Shown in pieces: positions 28,011 through 39,089 of a stretch of 54,675 bases of DNA (positions are counted from its first letter, which is position 1; every line of letters starts with the position of its first letter). The DNA comes from an uncultured Collinsella sp. (GTDB lineage: Bacteria > Actinomycetota > Coriobacteriia > Coriobacteriales > Coriobacteriaceae), in assembly GCA_902496375.1 (NCBI GenBank), contig CABVAS010000001.1:1-54675 (forward strand), in the 5' to 3' direction. The position numbers were made by a program, and so were the translations under genes. Below the pieces are notes generated by a model. It did no database searches, had not been told where the DNA came from, and saw only the letters and a list, made by a program, of their open reading frames with translations.

Positions 28011-28485
28011 ACAGCACCACACCCTCCCTCTCGATGGCATGCGCAATGTCTTCTCGCAAGTGTTCGCTCGAAACGACGTCGACCTGCTTGCCTGTTGCCT
28101 CTTTGATCTCCTCCGCGAACGAGGAAAGAGCGAATAACCCAAATGTCGCATCGGAATCGACCTCTATACGCAGGTCGATATCGCTATCGGTATTTGCGTC
28201 ACGTCGAGCATACGAGCCGAACAACGTGACCGACCGAATCGCCTTTCGAGTACCCGCCGCGCGAGCAACGGCATCCCTGATTTCAGCAACGGTCAAAACG
28301 TCGGTCTTCGCCTCGTCCCGTTTGACTGAAAGAGAAGGGGTAAATGGAAGCGACCGCTCCCGCAGCATCTGACGCATGAACATGTTGACCGCCACGGAAG
28401 ACGTCATGCCGAGCTCCTCGCAGAGCTCGGCAAACGATTCCTTAATTGATGCATCAACACGGACGCTCAAAACTGAAGCACTCAT
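27997..28485 (-). CDS. RelB/DinJ-like domain fused to MNT nucleotidyltransferase antitoxin
   Basis: N-terminal SVRVD...LGMTSSVAVNMFMRQ...LPF; C-terminal LFGSYARRDANTDSDIDL, GKQVDVV. Confidence 0.85.
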   Translation of the reverse strand: MSASVLSVRVDASIKESFAELCEELGMTSSVAVNMFMRQMLRERSLPFTPSLSVKRDEAKTDVLTVAEIRDAVARAAGTRKAIRSVTLFGSYARRDANTDSDIDLRIEVDSDATFGLFALSSFAEEIKEATGKQVDVVSSEHLREDIAHAIEREGVVLYVRP

Positions 28486-28494
28486 CTTAGCCTC

Positions 28495-28526
28495 CTGTAT
28501 GACAGTAGCTATATAATATCATACAG
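28495..28526. promoter_or_regulatory. Inverted-repeat operator over the TA promoter
   Basis: CTGTATGA-N16-TCATACAG flanking an AT-rich -10-like sequence. Confidence 0.5.
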
Positions 28527-28540
28527 AGAAGCAAGATGAC

Positions 28541-28605
28541 TGGTGCAAAGGGGTCAGGTTTGTATGCACCAGATTGGTGCAAAGTAACCTGACCCCCATG
28601 CACCA
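28541..28605. repeat. Inverted doublet of 31-bp REP-like units
   Basis: TGGTGCAAAGGGGTCAGGTTTGTATGCACCA plus an inverted near-copy at 28575-28605. Confidence 0.8.
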
Positions 28606-28614
28606 AGGGGTTGA

Positions 28615-30564
28615 CTAGAGTTCGCAGGCAACCTTGTAGCCATCGCCGATGGCATCGCGGATGTTGCCGCACTTGTTGGCATCGCCCAGCACGTGGGTGG
28701 CAACGCCGGCAGCGGCAAGGTCGTCGGCCAGCTTGGTATTGGGACGATAACCCATGGCAAGCACCAGCGTATCGGCACCGGTGATGGTGTGGACCTCGCC
28801 GTCCTTCTCGTAGCTGATAGTATCCTCGGTGATCTCGGTCACCTTGGCCTCGGTCAGCACGTGAACGCCCTTGGAGAGCATGCGCGTGATGAGCACCGCG
28901 CGGCCGGCGCCGCCCTCGTTGGCGGCAAGGGTCTTGGTCATCTCGATGACGGTGACGTCGCGGTTGGCCGGCGACAGGTCGTTGACCAGCGGAGCCAGAT
29001 AGTCGGCCGTCTCGCAGCCGACGGTGCCGCCGCCCACAATGACGATCTTCTTGCCCGGGAAGGCATTGCCGCCCAGCAGGTCGTCAGCCGTCATGACCTG
29101 CTTAAAGCCCTGCATAAAGGCCGGTGCGATAGGCTCGGCGCCATAGGCCAGGACAACCTCGTACCCGGCGTAGTCGCGCTGAATGTCCTCGGCCGAAAGC
29201 TCGGTACCAAAGACGCACTTCACGCCGGCCTCGGCCAGACGACGATACTGGTACTTAATCACGCGGGTGAGCTCCTGCTTTGCCGGCGGGACGGCCGCGA
29301 TGCGCATCTCACCACCCGGCTCGTCCTGCTTGTCCACGAGCACCACGTTGTGTCCGCGCTTGGCGGCAATGAACGCCGCCTCCATGCCAGCGGGACCGGC
29401 GCCCACAACGAGCACGTTCTTGGCCTCGGCGGCAGGCTCGTAGCCGGCCTCGTCGCGCTCGACATCGGGGTTAACGGTGCAGGAGATGCGCTTGCCGAAC
29501 ATGATGCCGTTCAGGCAGCGCAGGCAGCCGATGCAGGGGCGAATCTCGTCGGCGTTGCCGGCAGCCGCCTTGTTGCAGAACTCGGCATCGCACAGGTTGG
29601 CGCGGCCCATCATGCAGATGTCGGCGGCGCCGTCCTCAATCAGCTCCTCGGCAATCCATGCCTCATTGATGCGGCCGACCGTGGCAACGGGAATGTTCAC
29701 ATGCTTCTTGATCTCGCGCGAGCAGGCGGCGTGCGAGGCCTGCTGGGTACCGGCGGCGGGAATCGCGGAGCCGCGTTTGATGGTGGTGCCGCCCGACACG
29801 TGGATCATGTCGACGCCGGCCTTCTCCAGGCGACGCGAGACATAGATCATGTCGTTGAGGGTCAGGCCGCCATCGGTGTACTCGTCGCCCGAAATGCGGA
29901 CGTCGATGATGAAGTCCTTGCCGCAGCGCTCGCGAATCTCGGCGATGACCTCGAGCAGGAAGCGCATGCGAGCATCGAGCGAGCCGCCGTACTCGTCGGT
30001 ACGCTTGTTGTAGAGCGGTGTCAAGAAGCCGCCGAGCATGCCGTGGGCATGCGCCGCATGGACCTCGACGCCATCGACGCCGGCCTTCTGCATGCGCACG
30101 GCAGCGTCGCCAAACTGGTGCGTGAGCTCATGGATCTCGTCAACCGTAATGGAGCGCGGCGCCTCGCGGGCATAGGACGGGCCCACGAAGGACGGAGCGA
30201 TCAGGCGCGGCGTACCCGGGATATTAAAGGCCATGTAGGCGGGGTGGAAGAGCTGCGGCATGATCTTGCAGCCATACTCGTGCACGGCGGCGGCGAGCTT
30301 TTCCCAACCGGGAATGAACGTGTCGTCGTAGCAGCACATGTCGCCCGGCAGGTAGGTATAGGTGGGCTCGACCGTCACGACCTCGGTAATGATGAGGCCC
30401 ACGCCGCCCTTGGCGCGAGCGCGGTAGTGGTCGACCAGGTCGTCGGTCACATAGCCATGGTCGGCCAGGTTAGTGGATACCGGCGGCATAAAGACACGGT
30501 TCTTAACCTCGGTCGTACCAACCTTGATGGGGCTAAAGAGCATCGGATAGGCAGAGGACTCCAT
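28615..30564 (-). CDS. OYE-family Fe-S flavoenzyme (BaiH/BaiCD-like NADH:flavin oxidoreductase)
   Basis: KNRVFMPP, RAKGGVGL, HAAHAHG, NKRTDEYGG, CIGCLRC...C, GAGPAG, GGGTVG. Confidence 0.88.
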   Translation of the reverse strand: MESSAYPMLFSPIKVGTTEVKNRVFMPPVSTNLADHGYVTDDLVDHYRARAKGGVGLIITEVVTVEPTYTYLPGDMCCYDDTFIPGWEKLAAAVHEYGCKIMPQLFHPAYMAFNIPGTPRLIAPSFVGPSYAREAPRSITVDEIHELTHQFGDAAVRMQKAGVDGVEVHAAHAHGMLGGFLTPLYNKRTDEYGGSLDARMRFLLEVIAEIRERCGKDFIIDVRISGDEYTDGGLTLNDMIYVSRRLEKAGVDMIHVSGGTTIKRGSAIPAAGTQQASHAACSREIKKHVNIPVATVGRINEAWIAEELIEDGAADICMMGRANLCDAEFCNKAAAGNADEIRPCIGCLRCLNGIMFGKRISCTVNPDVERDEAGYEPAAEAKNVLVVGAGPAGMEAAFIAAKRGHNVVLVDKQDEPGGEMRIAAVPPAKQELTRVIKYQYRRLAEAGVKCVFGTELSAEDIQRDYAGYEVVLAYGAEPIAPAFMQGFKQVMTADDLLGGNAFPGKKIVIVGGGTVGCETADYLAPLVNDLSPANRDVTVIEMTKTLAANEGGAGRAVLITRMLSKGVHVLTEAKVTEITEDTISYEKDGEVHTITGADTLVLAMGYRPNTKLADDLAAAGVATHVLGDANKCGNIRDAIGDGYKVACEL

Positions 30565-30680
30565 ACAGGCTTCCTTTCGTTTGAGCCGCGCGGCGGCAGT
30601 TGCTGACTCACCTATCGTATCAGTACCCGCCCGGCGCACAACCGCACGCACTCCCCCACCTTTTGCTCGACCCATAAAAA

Positions 30681-30747
30681 AGTTGCGGTGGAATACGGAG
30701 CAATTGAGGCTTTTGACAGCCAAAACAGTCCGTATTTCACCGCAACT
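30681..30747. repeat. 67-bp palindromic intergenic element, copy 4
   Basis: AGTTGCGGTGGAATACGGAG...GTCCGTATTTCACCGCAACT. Confidence 0.9.
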
Positions 30748-30810
30748 GATGGGCGGGGTGGAATTGAGGGCTCAGATAGTCAGTCACGCCCTCATCCGCC
30801 ACTCCCTCAC

Positions 30811-31401
30811 CTACAGCGCGCCGTCCAGCATAAGGTTCACCTTGAGCACGTTGACCGTGGGCTCGCCGAAGACGCCCAGGAATCGGCCTTTGGTGCACTG
30901 GGCGATGATCTCGCGCACCTCGCCTTTGCTCTTGCCCGTGGCCTTGGCAAGGCGCGGGACCTGGTACTCGGCGGCATCCGGAGAGATCTCCGGGTCGAGG
31001 CCGGACCCCGAACACGTCACCAGGTCGACGGGCACAGCGTCCATATCGGCATCGGGGTTAGCGGCGCGGATCTTCTCGACGCGCGCGTCCACAAGCTGTC
31101 GGTACTCCTCACTCGCCGGAGACAAATTGGACGGAGCGCCGTAGGCCATGGGTTCGCCGTCTTCGCCTTCGACAATTGACACGTTCTGGATGCGGCCCCA
31201 CATATGGCCCTCATCCTCGAAGTTCTGGCCGATGAGCTCGGAGCCCACAACCTTGCCGTCGACCTTGATGAGCGAACCGTTCGCCTGGTACGGAAACGCA
31301 AGCTGCGCGATGCCGGTCACGACGAGCGTATAGCCCAGGCCGCAGACAACGGTAAACAGCGCGAACACGCCCAGTGCGCGCGATGCAACACCTTTGAACA
31401 T
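30811..31401 (-). CDS. kdpC: K+-transporting ATPase subunit C
   Basis: FPYQANGS, GSELIGQ, VTCSGSGLDPEIS, VNVLKVNL. Confidence 0.95.
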   Translation of the reverse strand: MFKGVASRALGVFALFTVVCGLGYTLVVTGIAQLAFPYQANGSLIKVDGKVVGSELIGQNFEDEGHMWGRIQNVSIVEGEDGEPMAYGAPSNLSPASEEYRQLVDARVEKIRAANPDADMDAVPVDLVTCSGSGLDPEISPDAAEYQVPRLAKATGKSKGEVREIIAQCTKGRFLGVFGEPTVNVLKVNLMLDGAL

Positions 31402-31413
31402 ACAAACCTCCAC

Positions 31414-33468
31414 TTACATAATGCCGCAGAACGCGAGCAGCATGTCGATGAGCTTGATGAATACGAACGGGGCAACGATGCCGCCCAGACCCCACACGAG
31501 CAGGTTGTGGGTCAGCAGCTGTCCGGACGGTACCTCGCGGTACTTAACGCCCTTCAGCGCAGCCGGGATCAGCGCGACGATAACGAGCGCGTTATAGATG
31601 ATGGCCGAAAGAACCGCGGACAGCGGGCTTGCCAGACCGAGGATGTTGAGCGCGCCAAGGCCCGGGTAGATCGGCGAGAACAGGGCCGGGATGATAGCGA
31701 AGTACTTCGCCATGTCGTTGGCCACCGAGAAGGTCGTGAGCGAACCGCGGGTCATGAGCAGCTGCTTGCCGATACGCACGACCTCGATGAGCTTGGTAGG
31801 GCTGGAGTCGAGGTCGACCATGTTGCCGGCCTCCTTGGCAGCCTGGGTGCCCGTGTTCATGGCCACGGCGACGTCGGCCTGGGCCAGAGCGGGCGCGTCG
31901 TTGGTGCCGTCGCCGGTCATGGCGACCAGGTGCCCCTCACGCTGGAACTCGCGGATCTTCTCGAGCTTGCCTTCAGGGGTGGCCTCGGCCAGGAAGTCGT
32001 CAACGCCGGCCTCGGCGGCGATTGCCGCGGCGGTGAGCGGGTTGTCGCCCGTCACCATGATGGTCTTGATGCCCATCTTGCGCAGGTCGGCGAACTTCTC
32101 CTTAACGCCGGACTTGATGATGTCCTTAAGGTACACAACGCCCAGCACGCGGCAGTTCTTGGTCACGACCAGCGGGGTGCCGCCGGCCTTGGCGATGCGC
32201 TCGACGGCCTCGTCGCACTCCTGGGAGAACACGCCGCCGGCTGCCTCCACATAGGTGCGCACGGAATCGGCAGCGCCCTTGCGGATCTCATTGCCCTCGT
32301 AGTTCACACCGGACATGCGGGTCGCCGCGGTGAAGGGGATGAACTCCATACCCTTATCCTCGAGCGTGCGGCCGCGCAGGCCGAACTGCTCCTTGGCGAG
32401 CACGACGATGGAACGGCCTTCGGGGGTCTCGTCGGCCAGCGAGGAAAGCTGGGCGGCATCGGCCAGCTCCGCGGGATCGATGCCGTCGACCGGGATGAAC
32501 TCGGCGGCTTGGCGGTTACCTAGGGTGATGGTGCCGGTCTTGTCGAGCATGAGGATGTCGACGTCGCCGGCGGCCTCGATGGCACGGCCGGACATGGCCA
32601 GCACGTTGGCCTCGTTCAGACGGCTCATGCCGGCGATGCCGATGGCGGAAAGAAGGGCGCCGATGGTAGTGGGAGCCAGGCACACGAGCAGCGCCACGAG
32701 CGTGGTCACGGCCGTGGGGTTGTCCATGCCGTTAAGGCCGACCGAGAAGCAGGAGTAACAATACAGGGCCAGCGTGACCAGGATAAAGACGATGGAGAGG
32801 GCCACCAGGAAGATCTCCAGAGCGATCTCGTTAGGGGTCTTCTTGCGCGCGGCACCCTCGACCATCGCGATCATCTTGTCCAGGAAGCTCTGGCCGGGCT
32901 CACTGGAGATCTTGACGATGATCCAATCGGACAGCACCGTGGTACCGCCGGTAACGGCAGAGCGGTCGCCGCCGGCCTCGCGGACCACGGGGGCGGACTC
33001 GCCGGTGATGGCGGACTCGTCAACGGAGGCAGCGCCCTCGATGACGTCGCCATCGCCGGGAATCTGCTCGCCGGCGCGTACGATCACCAGGTCGCCGCGC
33101 GTAAGCTCGGTGCCGGGAACGACGGTGAAGTGTTCCTTGTCCTTAACGGACTCGATACGATGGGCCTCGACATCCTTCTTGGCCGCACGCAGGGAATCGG
33201 CCTGAGCCTTACCGCGGCCCTCGGCAAGCGCCTCGGCGAAGTTCGAGAACAGGTCGGTGAGCCACAGGATGACCGCGATGGCGACCACATAGTAGGTGGG
33301 CACACCCGCGTCCTGCACACCGAAGATGGAAGCGACGGCCAGGACGGAGGTCATGACGGCGGAAAGCCACACCAGGAACATGACCGGGTTTTGAATCTGG
33401 ACGCGAGGATCCAGTTTGGCAAACGAGTCGCGGACCGCGCGGCCCATCATGTCTTTTTGCATAGTCAT
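31414..33468 (-). CDS. kdpB: K+-transporting ATPase subunit B
   Basis: TGES, DKTGT, TGDN, GDGTND. Confidence 0.97.
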   Translation of the reverse strand: MTMQKDMMGRAVRDSFAKLDPRVQIQNPVMFLVWLSAVMTSVLAVASIFGVQDAGVPTYYVVAIAVILWLTDLFSNFAEALAEGRGKAQADSLRAAKKDVEAHRIESVKDKEHFTVVPGTELTRGDLVIVRAGEQIPGDGDVIEGAASVDESAITGESAPVVREAGGDRSAVTGGTTVLSDWIIVKISSEPGQSFLDKMIAMVEGAARKKTPNEIALEIFLVALSIVFILVTLALYCYSCFSVGLNGMDNPTAVTTLVALLVCLAPTTIGALLSAIGIAGMSRLNEANVLAMSGRAIEAAGDVDILMLDKTGTITLGNRQAAEFIPVDGIDPAELADAAQLSSLADETPEGRSIVVLAKEQFGLRGRTLEDKGMEFIPFTAATRMSGVNYEGNEIRKGAADSVRTYVEAAGGVFSQECDEAVERIAKAGGTPLVVTKNCRVLGVVYLKDIIKSGVKEKFADLRKMGIKTIMVTGDNPLTAAAIAAEAGVDDFLAEATPEGKLEKIREFQREGHLVAMTGDGTNDAPALAQADVAVAMNTGTQAAKEAGNMVDLDSSPTKLIEVVRIGKQLLMTRGSLTTFSVANDMAKYFAIIPALFSPIYPGLGALNILGLASPLSAVLSAIIYNALVIVALIPAALKGVKYREVPSGQLLTHNLLVWGLGGIVAPFVFIKLIDMLLAFCGIM

Positions 33469-33484
33469 AAATCTGCGCCCTCCT

Positions 33485-35308
33485 TTACGCAATCATCTGG
33501 AAGAACTCGGCAACGGGGCCAAGCGCCAGGGCCGGGAAGAAGCTCAGGGCACCGATCAGCAGAACGATGAACACGAGCAGGAATACGAACATGCCGTTGG
33601 TGGTAGACAGGGTACCAGCGCTCTCGGCGACCTTACCCTTCTTGGCCAGCGAGCCGGCGATAGCCAGCGTACCGATGATGGGCATGAAGCGGGCGAACAG
33701 CATCTCGAGGCCGAGCATGACGTTAATCCAGGGAATGTTGCACTTCATGCCTGCAAACGCCGAGCCGTTGTTGCCGCCGCATGAGGTGAAGGCATACAGC
33801 ACCTCGGAGAAGCCGTGCGCGCCACCATTGTTGAGCTGGTCGGCAAGACTGGGCACCATGCAGGCGATGGCCGAGCACACCAGAATGGCAAACGGAGTTG
33901 CCAGGCACAGGACAACTGCCCAGCGCATCTCGCCCGGCTCGATCTTCTTGCCCAGGAACTCAGGCGTGCGGCCGACCATAAGGCCGGCGATAAACACCGT
34001 GAGGATGGCGAAGCCGATCATGCCGTACAGGCCGCAGCCTACGCCGCCGAAGACGACCTCGCCCAGAGCCATCTGGAGCATCTGGACAAAACCGCCCAGC
34101 GGGGTGTAGGAGTCGTGCATGGAGTTAACCGAGCCGTTGGAAGCAGCCGTCGTGAAAGCGGACCAGGTGGAAGAGGAGGCGATACCGAAGCGGCTCTCCT
34201 TGCCCTCCATGTTGCCGCCGGCCTGGCCGTCGGTCATCTCGATATTGACCGCTCCGCCATCGGCCAGCTGCGGGGTTCCCGCATGCTCGTTGACGGCGAT
34301 GATGCCGGTGAAGATCACCAACAGGATGAACATGGCGGCAAAGATAGCCTTGCCCTGCTTGGTGTTCTTGACGCCGATACCGAAGGTGAAGCAGCAGGCG
34401 GCCGGGATCAGCAGCAGGCTGGTCATCTCGATGATGTTGGTGAAGGCACTGGGGTTCTCATACGGATGGGCGGAGTTCACGCCGAAGAAGCCGCCGCCGT
34501 TGGTGCCGGACTGCTTGATGGCGACCTGAGGAGCCGCGGGGCCCTGGGGCAGGAACTGCTCGGTGACCACGCGCGCGCCCTCGACAACCTTGCCGTCGAC
34601 CTTGACCGTGTCGCCCTCGATCTGGGCGCCGTCGATGACGCTCCAGCCGCCGTCTGCATTAGGCTGGACAGCGACGGGCTCTACGAGCTCGGCCTTCTGA
34701 GCCGGCTGGAAGTTGGAGATGACGCCACCGGCAGCCAGGCAGATGCCGAACACGAGGTTCAGCGGGATGAGCACATACAGGACGGTGCGGGTGAGGTCGA
34801 CCCAGAAGGAACCCAGACCCTGCTCCTTGACCTGACGGAAGCCGCGGATCAGCGCGAACATGACCGCGATACCGGTGCCAGCGGAAACGAAGTTCTGCAC
34901 GGTGAGACCCATGAACTGCACAAGGTAGGACAGGGTGGTCTCACCGGAGTAGGACTGCCAGTTGGTGTTGGTTATGAAGGAAGCAGCCGTATTGAACGAC
35001 AGGTCCCATGACACACCCGGCAGGTGCTGGGGATTGCCTGGCAAGAAGGACTGAAGCGCCTGGAGTGCCACAAGAGCCACGAGGCCGATCCCCGAAAAGA
35101 CCAGCACGCTCACCAGATAGCGCCTACACCCCATCTGTTCTGTCGCGTCGATGCGAAGCAGACGATAGACGCCACGCTCCACAGGAGCAATCACAGGCGA
35201 CAGGAACGTATGCTCACCATCCATGATATGGGCCATGAACCGACCGAGCGGAACGGCCAGGACGACGAGCACGGCAAAGTACAAGATGTACTGAATCGCA
35301 GCGTCCAT
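33485..35308 (-). CDS. kdpA: K+-transporting ATPase subunit A
   Basis: [28 protein letters not shown]. Confidence 0.97.
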   Translation of the reverse strand: MDAAIQYILYFAVLVVLAVPLGRFMAHIMDGEHTFLSPVIAPVERGVYRLLRIDATEQMGCRRYLVSVLVFSGIGLVALVALQALQSFLPGNPQHLPGVSWDLSFNTAASFITNTNWQSYSGETTLSYLVQFMGLTVQNFVSAGTGIAVMFALIRGFRQVKEQGLGSFWVDLTRTVLYVLIPLNLVFGICLAAGGVISNFQPAQKAELVEPVAVQPNADGGWSVIDGAQIEGDTVKVDGKVVEGARVVTEQFLPQGPAAPQVAIKQSGTNGGGFFGVNSAHPYENPSAFTNIIEMTSLLLIPAACCFTFGIGVKNTKQGKAIFAAMFILLVIFTGIIAVNEHAGTPQLADGGAVNIEMTDGQAGGNMEGKESRFGIASSSTWSAFTTAASNGSVNSMHDSYTPLGGFVQMLQMALGEVVFGGVGCGLYGMIGFAILTVFIAGLMVGRTPEFLGKKIEPGEMRWAVVLCLATPFAILVCSAIACMVPSLADQLNNGGAHGFSEVLYAFTSCGGNNGSAFAGMKCNIPWINVMLGLEMLFARFMPIIGTLAIAGSLAKKGKVAESAGTLSTTNGMFVFLLVFIVLLIGALSFFPALALGPVAEFFQMIA

Positions 35309-35311
35309 AGT

Positions 35312-35398
35312 TTACGAATCACTCCTCATCAGAATGTAGATGTAATAGATAAGGAGTCCAATGCAGACGACTCCGATGATGGGAATGAGGATGTTCAT
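35312..35398 (-). CDS. kdpF: KdpF-like small membrane peptide (28 aa)
   Basis: MNILIPIIGVVCIGLLIYYIYILMRSDS, ending 3 nt before the kdpA ATG; purine-rich RBS upstream. Confidence 0.75.
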   Translation of the reverse strand: MNILIPIIGVVCIGLLIYYIYILMRSDS

Positions 35399-35511
35399 TC
35401 ACCGCCCCTTTCACGCGCGGTCCGATGTCTCGGACGTCTGCTCTCGCAAGCGTCTGGGGACAGTAAACGCTTCTAGGGATTAAAGAGGCGTGAGGGCTGG
35501 GGCTCACGACC

Positions 35512-35533
35512 TTAAGATGCCGTAAAGATGCAG
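35512..35533. promoter_or_regulatory. Putative KdpE-binding direct repeat
   Basis: TTAAGATGCCG/TAAAGATGCAG with 11-bp period, between the divergent kdp units. Confidence 0.45.
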
Positions 35534-35642
35534 GTAGAAAGCACTATTGCTGCTGCAGTGCGCCTATACTCGACCTCGCGAACATACAGTGGCGTCCTCA
35601 CCGCGTATGCACGCATGGACAACACTTCAGAAAGGCTACGCT

Positions 35643-38378
35643 ATGCAGCGCGACGCATCGGACACTCGCGTCAATCCAGACCTCATCCTCAAGGCAATTG
35701 AGAAAGACGAGGTCGCCGATGACGCTCGAACCAGCCGGGGACACCTCAAGATTTTCTTTGGCTACGCTGCTGGCACGGGCAAAACCTATGCAATGCTTCA
35801 AGCCGCCCGCGCCGCCAAGCGGCGAGGTGTCGACGTCGTCGCGGGATACATCGAGCCGCACGAACGTCCGGCAACTGCCCATCTTGCACAAGGGCTTGAG
35901 AACGTGCCCTGTAAACTCATCGAGCACAACGGCATTGCGCTCAGCGAGTTCGATCTAGATGCGGCTATCGAACGCGCCCCTCAGCTCATCCTTGTCGACG
36001 AGCTCGCCCATACGAATGCGCCGGGGTCTCGCCACGACAAACGCTATCAAGACGTCGAGGAACTTCTACATGCGGGCATCGACGTCTATACGACCGTGAA
36101 TGTTCAGCATATCGAGAGCCTAAACGACATGGTTGCATCCATCACCGGCGTTGTCGTGAGCGAACGAATCCCCGACCGTATCTTCGATGATGCCGACCAG
36201 GTCGAGCTCGTCGACATAGAGCCCGAAGACCTACTTGAGCGCCTTCGCGCCGGCCTCGTCTACCGTCCCGCACAAGCCGACCGAGCGCAACAGCATTTTT
36301 TTACCGTCGAGAACCTCACCGCACTCCGAGAAATCGCGCTGCGCCGCTGCGCCGATCGCACCGGCCACCTCACAGACGCCACACGCGTGCTGGGAAACCG
36401 TGACTACTACACCAGGGAGCGTATCTTAGTCTGCATCTCCCCGGCGCCGACCAATCCCCGCATCGTCCGTGCCGCCGCACGCATGGCGAAAGCGTTTCGC
36501 AGCGAGCTCGTCGCCCTGTTCGTAGAGAGCCCGCGCACGCAAGCCATGAGCGATGATGAGCGCGCCAAGCTTGCAGCCAATATCGCCCTAGCCGAGCAGC
36601 TCGGAGCGCATATGGAAACCGTCTATGGCGACGACATCGCGTTTCAGATCTCCGAGTTCGCGCGCCTGTCGGGTATTTCGAAGATCGTCATGGGGCGCAC
36701 GGGCGAGCGCAGCAGCGTCCGTCAGACCCTCTTCGGCCGCAAATCTCTCGTAGAACAGCTCATAACATTCGCCCCGAACCTCGACATTTACATCATTCCA
36801 GACCAGTCGACTCCGCCCTCCCGGCCCAAAGGACGCCGCCGTGCGCTCGCCCTGCAGCCGCCCAGCAGCCGAGACGTGCTTCGCACGCTGGCCCTCTCTC
36901 TTGTCGCCACGGCGATCGGCACGGCTTTCCGCCATCTGGGATTTGCCGATTCCAGCATCATATCCCTCTATATCCTCACGGCCCTGCTGACCGCCGTCAC
37001 CACGACGGGGCGTATCTGCACGATCGTATCGAGCGTACTCTCTGTAGTGCTTTACAACTTCTGCTTCGTCACGCCTCTGTTTTCGCTCGCCAGCTACGAC
37101 CGAAGCTATCTGGTCACGTTCGGCATCATGTTCGCTACCGCTATGGTCGCCGGCGAGTTAACTGCGCGCATCGCCAACAACGCCCGCACCTCCGCCGAGA
37201 ACGCATTCAAAACGCGTGTACTCCTCGAAACGAACCAGCTCTTGCAGCAAGCCCATAGCGCGGAGGAGTGCGCCCGCGTCGCCATGAACCAACTCATCAA
37301 ACTGCTAAAACTCGACGTGGTCTTCTACACCGCCGAACATGGCACGCTCGGCAAGACGCTCTATGAGTCCGCTGGCACCGAAAACCGATCCGCGTCGCTG
37401 TTCACCGACTACGAGCGCGCCGTTGCAACCTGGACCTACACCAACAACAAGCGCGCGGGCGCAAGCACGCGGACCCTGCCTGAGGCGCGCTGTCTCTACC
37501 TCGCGGTTCGCACCGGCGACAAGGTATTCGGTGTCATCGGCATCGACCTGGAGGGGCGCGAGATCGAAGCCTTCGAGCATTCGATCGTCCTATCTATCGT
37601 AGGTGAATGCGCCTTGGCGCTCGAAAGCGACCGGGCGGCGCAAGAGCGCGAAGAGGCTGCGGTCTTGGCGAAAAACGAGCAGCTGCGCGCCAACCTTTTG
37701 CGCTCCATCGGCCACGATTTGAGGACACCCCTCACGGCTATATCCGGATCTGCGGCAATCCTTAGGAAGAGCGACGAGAAGCTCAGCCTCGAACAACGCT
37801 GCGATCTTGCCGATGCCATCTACGACGACTCCCTCTGGCTTATCGATACCGTGGAGAACCTCCTCGCCATCACACGCGTCGAGGACGGCACCATTCGCCT
37901 CAACTTAACATCCGAGCTTATCGACGAGGTCATCGAGGCCGCCCTCAGCCATGTCGCCCAAGCATCGCATGGACGCGCCGTCACCATCGAGCACACTGAC
38001 GACATCCTGCTGGTACGCATCGACGTCCATCTCATCATGCAGGTGCTTACGAATCTCATCATGAACGCCTTCAAATACACGCCCGAGGACTCGACTGTCA
38101 CCATCAGCGCACGTCGCGAGGGTGCATTCGTCGTGGTGGACGTCGCAGACGATGGGCCGGGTGTAGCAGACTGCGACAAGCCTCATATCTTTGAGCGCTT
38201 CTTCACCTCAAGCAATACGCGGCCCGTGGATTCGCGTCGAAGCATCGGCCTTGGGCTGTCGCTCTGCCGCTCCATCGTGGAGGCGCATGGCGGCGTCATC
38301 GAAGTTCGCGACAACCACCCCCATGGGGCCGTCTTCCGTTTTACCCTGCCTGCCGAGGAGATCGAGATTCATGAATAA
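35643..38378 (+). CDS. kdpD: Sensor histidine kinase KdpD
   Basis: GYAAGTGKTYAML, LVDELAHTN, Usp-like domain, 4 TM, HDLRTPL, G-boxes. Confidence 0.97.
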   Translation: MQRDASDTRVNPDLILKAIEKDEVADDARTSRGHLKIFFGYAAGTGKTYAMLQAARAAKRRGVDVVAGYIEPHERPATAHLAQGLENVPCKLIEHNGIALSEFDLDAAIERAPQLILVDELAHTNAPGSRHDKRYQDVEELLHAGIDVYTTVNVQHIESLNDMVASITGVVVSERIPDRIFDDADQVELVDIEPEDLLERLRAGLVYRPAQADRAQQHFFTVENLTALREIALRRCADRTGHLTDATRVLGNRDYYTRERILVCISPAPTNPRIVRAAARMAKAFRSELVALFVESPRTQAMSDDERAKLAANIALAEQLGAHMETVYGDDIAFQISEFARLSGISKIVMGRTGERSSVRQTLFGRKSLVEQLITFAPNLDIYIIPDQSTPPSRPKGRRRALALQPPSSRDVLRTLALSLVATAIGTAFRHLGFADSSIISLYILTALLTAVTTTGRICTIVSSVLSVVLYNFCFVTPLFSLASYDRSYLVTFGIMFATAMVAGELTARIANNARTSAENAFKTRVLLETNQLLQQAHSAEECARVAMNQLIKLLKLDVVFYTAEHGTLGKTLYESAGTENRSASLFTDYERAVATWTYTNNKRAGASTRTLPEARCLYLAVRTGDKVFGVIGIDLEGREIEAFEHSIVLSIVGECALALESDRAAQEREEAAVLAKNEQLRANLLRSIGHDLRTPLTAISGSAAILRKSDEKLSLEQRCDLADAIYDDSLWLIDTVENLLAITRVEDGTIRLNLTSELIDEVIEAALSHVAQASHGRAVTIEHTDDILLVRIDVHLIMQVLTNLIMNAFKYTPEDSTVTISARREGAFVVVDVADDGPGVADCDKPHIFERFFTSSNTRPVDSRRSIGLGLSLCRSIVEAHGGVIEVRDNHPHGAVFRFTLPAEEIEIHE

Positions 38379-39075
38379 TGCCGCTAAGCCACGCATCCTC
38401 CTGGTCGAAGATGACCTGACCGTTCAAAACCTCGTTTCGACCGCGCTTGACCTTCACGGCTATGTCGTGAGCAAGGTTTGCAACGGCCAGGCCGCCATCA
38501 TGGATGCGGTGTCGCACGGCCCCAGCCTCATCATGCTCGACCTCGGCCTTCCCGACATTGACGGTATCGAGGTCATCACGAAGATCCGAAGCTGGTCGGC
38601 AGTCCCCATTATCGTCATTTCGGCGCGCGCCGAAGATTCCGACAAGATTGCAGCACTTGACGCAGGGGCAGACGACTACCTCACCAAGCCCTTTTCTGTG
38701 GATGAGTTGCTCGCGCGCGTCCGTGCGAATTTGAGACGCTCCTCGATGGCGTCGAGCGAGTCGACGGAAGCGAGCACGTTCGACAACGGTCCGCTACATA
38801 TCGACTACGCCGCGGGATACGCGACGAAAGACGGACGCGAGCTCTCGCTCACCCCAACCGAGTACAAATTGCTCGTCCTTCTGGCGAAAAACGTCGACAA
38901 GGTGCTCACCCACACCTTCATCACCCGCGAGATATGGGGCACGAGCTGGGACAGCGATCTGGCGAGCCTGCGCGTGTTCATGCGCACCCTGCGCAAGAAG
39001 ATCGAGGCAGACCCCTCTCACCCCAAGATGATTCAGACGCACATGGGTGTCGGGTACCGCATGCAGCGTCTCTAG
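38371..39075 (+). CDS. kdpE: Response regulator KdpE
   Basis: LVEDD, LDLGLPD, GADDYLTKPF, SLRVFM; overlaps the kdpD stop. Confidence 0.95.
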   Translation: MNNAAKPRILLVEDDLTVQNLVSTALDLHGYVVSKVCNGQAAIMDAVSHGPSLIMLDLGLPDIDGIEVITKIRSWSAVPIIVISARAEDSDKIAALDAGADDYLTKPFSVDELLARVRANLRRSSMASSESTEASTFDNGPLHIDYAAGYATKDGRELSLTPTEYKLLVLLAKNVDKVLTHTFITREIWGTSWDSDLASLRVFMRTLRKKIEADPSHPKMIQTHMGVGYRMQRL

Positions 39076-39089
39076 CCCACCCCACAAAA

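Noticed and set aside
28615..30564. Bilirubin reductase BilR or a true bai operon
   Set aside because: No HGDR motif and no other bai genes nearby
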